The notes under the pieces were generated by a model. That model was not told the DNA's origin. It saw nothing but the letters and a program-made list of their open reading frames with translations, and did no database searches. Made by a program: the position numbers and the translations under genes. This document shows, piece by piece, positions 61,543 to 64,000 of a stretch of 64,000 nt of DNA; within the stretch, counting starts at the first letter, position 1, and each line of letters begins with the position of its first letter. The stretch is from NCBI RefSeq assembly GCF_009914755.1, contig NC_060934.1; one strand, 5' to 3'. This DNA comes from the human T2T-CHM13v2.0 reference genome, Homo sapiens.

Positions 61543-62959
61543 ATGGAAGAAAAAACACAAATCAAGACATTTTTGGGTTCCAAGTTGCCAAAGTATGGAA
61601 CAAAATCTGTAAGAAGTACATTGCAGCCAATGCCAAATGGGACACCTGTTAATTTATTAGGAACTTCCAAGAATAGTAATGTCAAAAGTTACATCAAAAA
61701 TAATGGCTCTGATTGTCCATCATCTCATTCATTTAATTGGAGGAAAGCAAATAAATATCAGCTTTGTGCACAAGGTGTCGAAGAGCCTAACAATACTCAA
61801 AATTCACATGATAAAATAATTGATCCTGAAAAACGTGTTCCTACTCAAGGAATGTTTGATAAAAATGGGATAAAGGGAGGTTTGAAAAGTGTTTCTTTAT
61901 TCACATCAAAGTTAGCAAAGCCATCCACTATGTTTGTGTCATCTACAGAGGAGTTAAACCAAAAGTCTTTTTCTGGACCATCTAATTTGGGTAAATTCAC
62001 CAAAGGCACATTATTAGGAAGGACTTCATATTCTTCGATCAATACTCCAAAATCACAGTTGAATGGATTTTATGGAAACCGATCAGCTGGTAGCATGCAA
62101 AGGCCTAGAGCGAACTCCTGTGCCACCAGAAGCAGTTCTGGAGAAAGCTTAGCTCAATCCCCAGACAGTAGTAAATCTATTAATTGTGAAAAAATGGTAA
62201 GGTCACAAAGTTTTTCACATTCCATTCAGAATTCATTCCTTCCACCTTCATCTATAACCAGATCACATTCCTTTAATAGAGCTGTGGATCTTACAAAGCC
62301 TTATCAGAACCAACAGCTATCCATTAGAGTGCCTCTACGGTCAAGTATGCTAACAAGAAATTCCCGGCAGCCAGAAGTACTCAATGGGAATGAACATTTG
62401 GGGTATGGATTTAATAGGCCTTATGCTGCTGGTGGAAAGAAGTTGGCTTTACCAAATGGCCCAGGTGTAACTTCTACTTTAGGTTATAGAATGGTTCATC
62501 CCTCTCTACTGAAATCTAGCCGATCTCCATTTTCTGGGACTATGACAGTTGATGGAAATAAAAATTCACCTGCTGACACATGTGTAGAGGAAGATGCTAC
62601 AGTTTTGGCTAAGGACAGAGCTGCTAATAAGGACCAAGAACTGATTGAAAATGAAAGTTATAGAACAAAAAACAACCAGACCATGAAACATGATGCTAAA
62701 ATGAGATACCTGAGTGATGATGTGGATGACATTTCCTTGTCGTCTTTGTCATCTTCTGATAAGAATGATTTAAGTGAAGACTTTAGTGATGATTTTATAG
62801 ATATAGAAGACTCCAACAGAACTAGAATAACTCCAGAGGAAATGTCTCTCAAAGAAGAGAAACATGAAAATGGGCCACCACAGGATATGTTTGATTCCCC
62901 CAAGGAAAATGAAAAAGCCTTCAGTAAAACTGATGAATGGATAGATATAAGTGTCTCTG
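61543..62959 (+). CDS. CCSER2: CCSER2 first coding exon (serine-rich coiled-coil domain protein 2, aa 1-472 plus first base of codon 473); CDS continues beyond the window
   Basis: Long non-repeat ORF MEEKTQIKTFLGSKLPKYGTK...DEWIDISVS, recognised as the CCSER2 N-terminus. Preceded by a polypyrimidine tract and CAG acceptor (AG 61502-61503). Ends at the phase-1 donor CTG|GTAAAT (GT 62960-62961). Confidence 0.95.
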
Positions 62960-64000
62960 GTAAATATTACTTACCTTAAGTTTTTTTGCTTTCTTTTAAA
63001 TAATATAACTGAACTTACATTTAGGATTATCTTCAGATAGATTTCAAGATATTATCAGTTTCACGGAGGGATAGATCTAGACAAAATTGAGGTGGGTTAA
63101 CGTTTATTTTCCTGTGACTTTTGCTCCATACCCCATTTTTCACCCTATCCAAGACAATATTAATAAAACCACTCTTAACCTTTGTTGTTCTTTGGCTGTT
63201 ATACACAGCCTATTCCTGCTTAGTATATGCAGTGCTTCTAAATGACTTCCCCTGCTTACCTCAACCAGTGTGGTATGCCATTAAACAAACCATCTCTTCT
63301 CTTAGGATAGCATTTCATTGCTATTTGTTAAGAGTAAAGCTGTACCAAAGGGTACAATGAGATAATATAGGTTATGTCTAATCTCACGGATTTTTTTATC
63401 CTAGAAAATTCTTCTTGTTTAGCAATTTTTTAGATACACTTCCTGAGAGAGCTTTATTTATTTATTAAACTGAAGAAAGTGAAATAATACCTGTTAAACA
63501 TTTCCTCTTATGTTTGGTTATCCTGTTACTAAATGCTGGATAAAATGTATTTGGTATTTGTATGCCCATATACCTGAATAAAGAACAACTAAAGGGATTA
63601 GATATAGACATGTGGTATAATCAGGGGACTAGATCGTGCATAGAAATGCATGTACAAACCCTTGATTGTCTATAGGTCTTCTAAAAGAGACTGCCGGAAC
63701 AAGTTTATTTCCTTATAGGGAGGCAATTATGAGTACCCTACATTATTTAATCTATGAAGTTAAATAGTGTACACAGAGGAAAAGGAGTTTCCTGGCCAGT
63801 GTTTAAAAATAAATATCTTGGGAAATATAGGAATATGAGGGTTTATTTACATTTTTGGAAATATTACAGAAGTGAAAGATGACTAAATGAATTTTCTTTT
63901 CCTCTATTAGAAAATATTTCAGTAGGTTATTTTAAAGATTTTGGCTCTTGATGTTTTTATTGCTTAGGATATAGAAAATGCTACAGTTATGAGTGCTTTT

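Noticed and set aside
62960-62979. C-terminal GKYYLP of the 478-aa ORF
   Set aside because: Intronic read-through past the GT donor; relevant only if intronic polyadenylation is used

Overview
This is primate (human or great-ape) genomic DNA, not prokaryotic. It covers the 5' end of CCSER2 (FAM190B/KIAA1128) on the + strand. The gene parts are a CpG-island promoter with GC boxes and NRF1-like sites (~18.8-19.6 kb), a non-coding exon 1 ending at a GT donor (19324/19325), a ~42-kb intron 1, and a 1456-nt first coding exon (61504-62959, ATG at 61543). The rest is mostly interspersed repeat: about 47 Alu/FLAM copies, L1, L2, MIR, a full-length antisense SVA, an HERV-L fragment with its MLT2A2 LTR, LTR12F, MER4A1, MER21 and MST LTRs, and Tigger3, MER5A and MER102 DNA transposons. 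Nearly all other ORFs in the track are repeat artefacts. The most unusual signal is a pair of inverted MER5A copies 1.1 kb apart in intron 1. They share non-consensus changes and form an uninterrupted 76-bp helix (71 Watson-Crick + 5 G-U pairs) specifically on the sense pre-mRNA strand, and a neighbouring helix covers a strong 5' splice site. Other candidates are a 30-bp-stem, pre-miRNA-sized hairpin inside an L2, a sense-oriented MLT2A2 LTR with a splice donor upstream of the gene, uORFs, a possible intronic polyA site and a perfect 92-bp tandem duplication. Repeat family names come from recalled consensus sequences and their boundaries are approximate.
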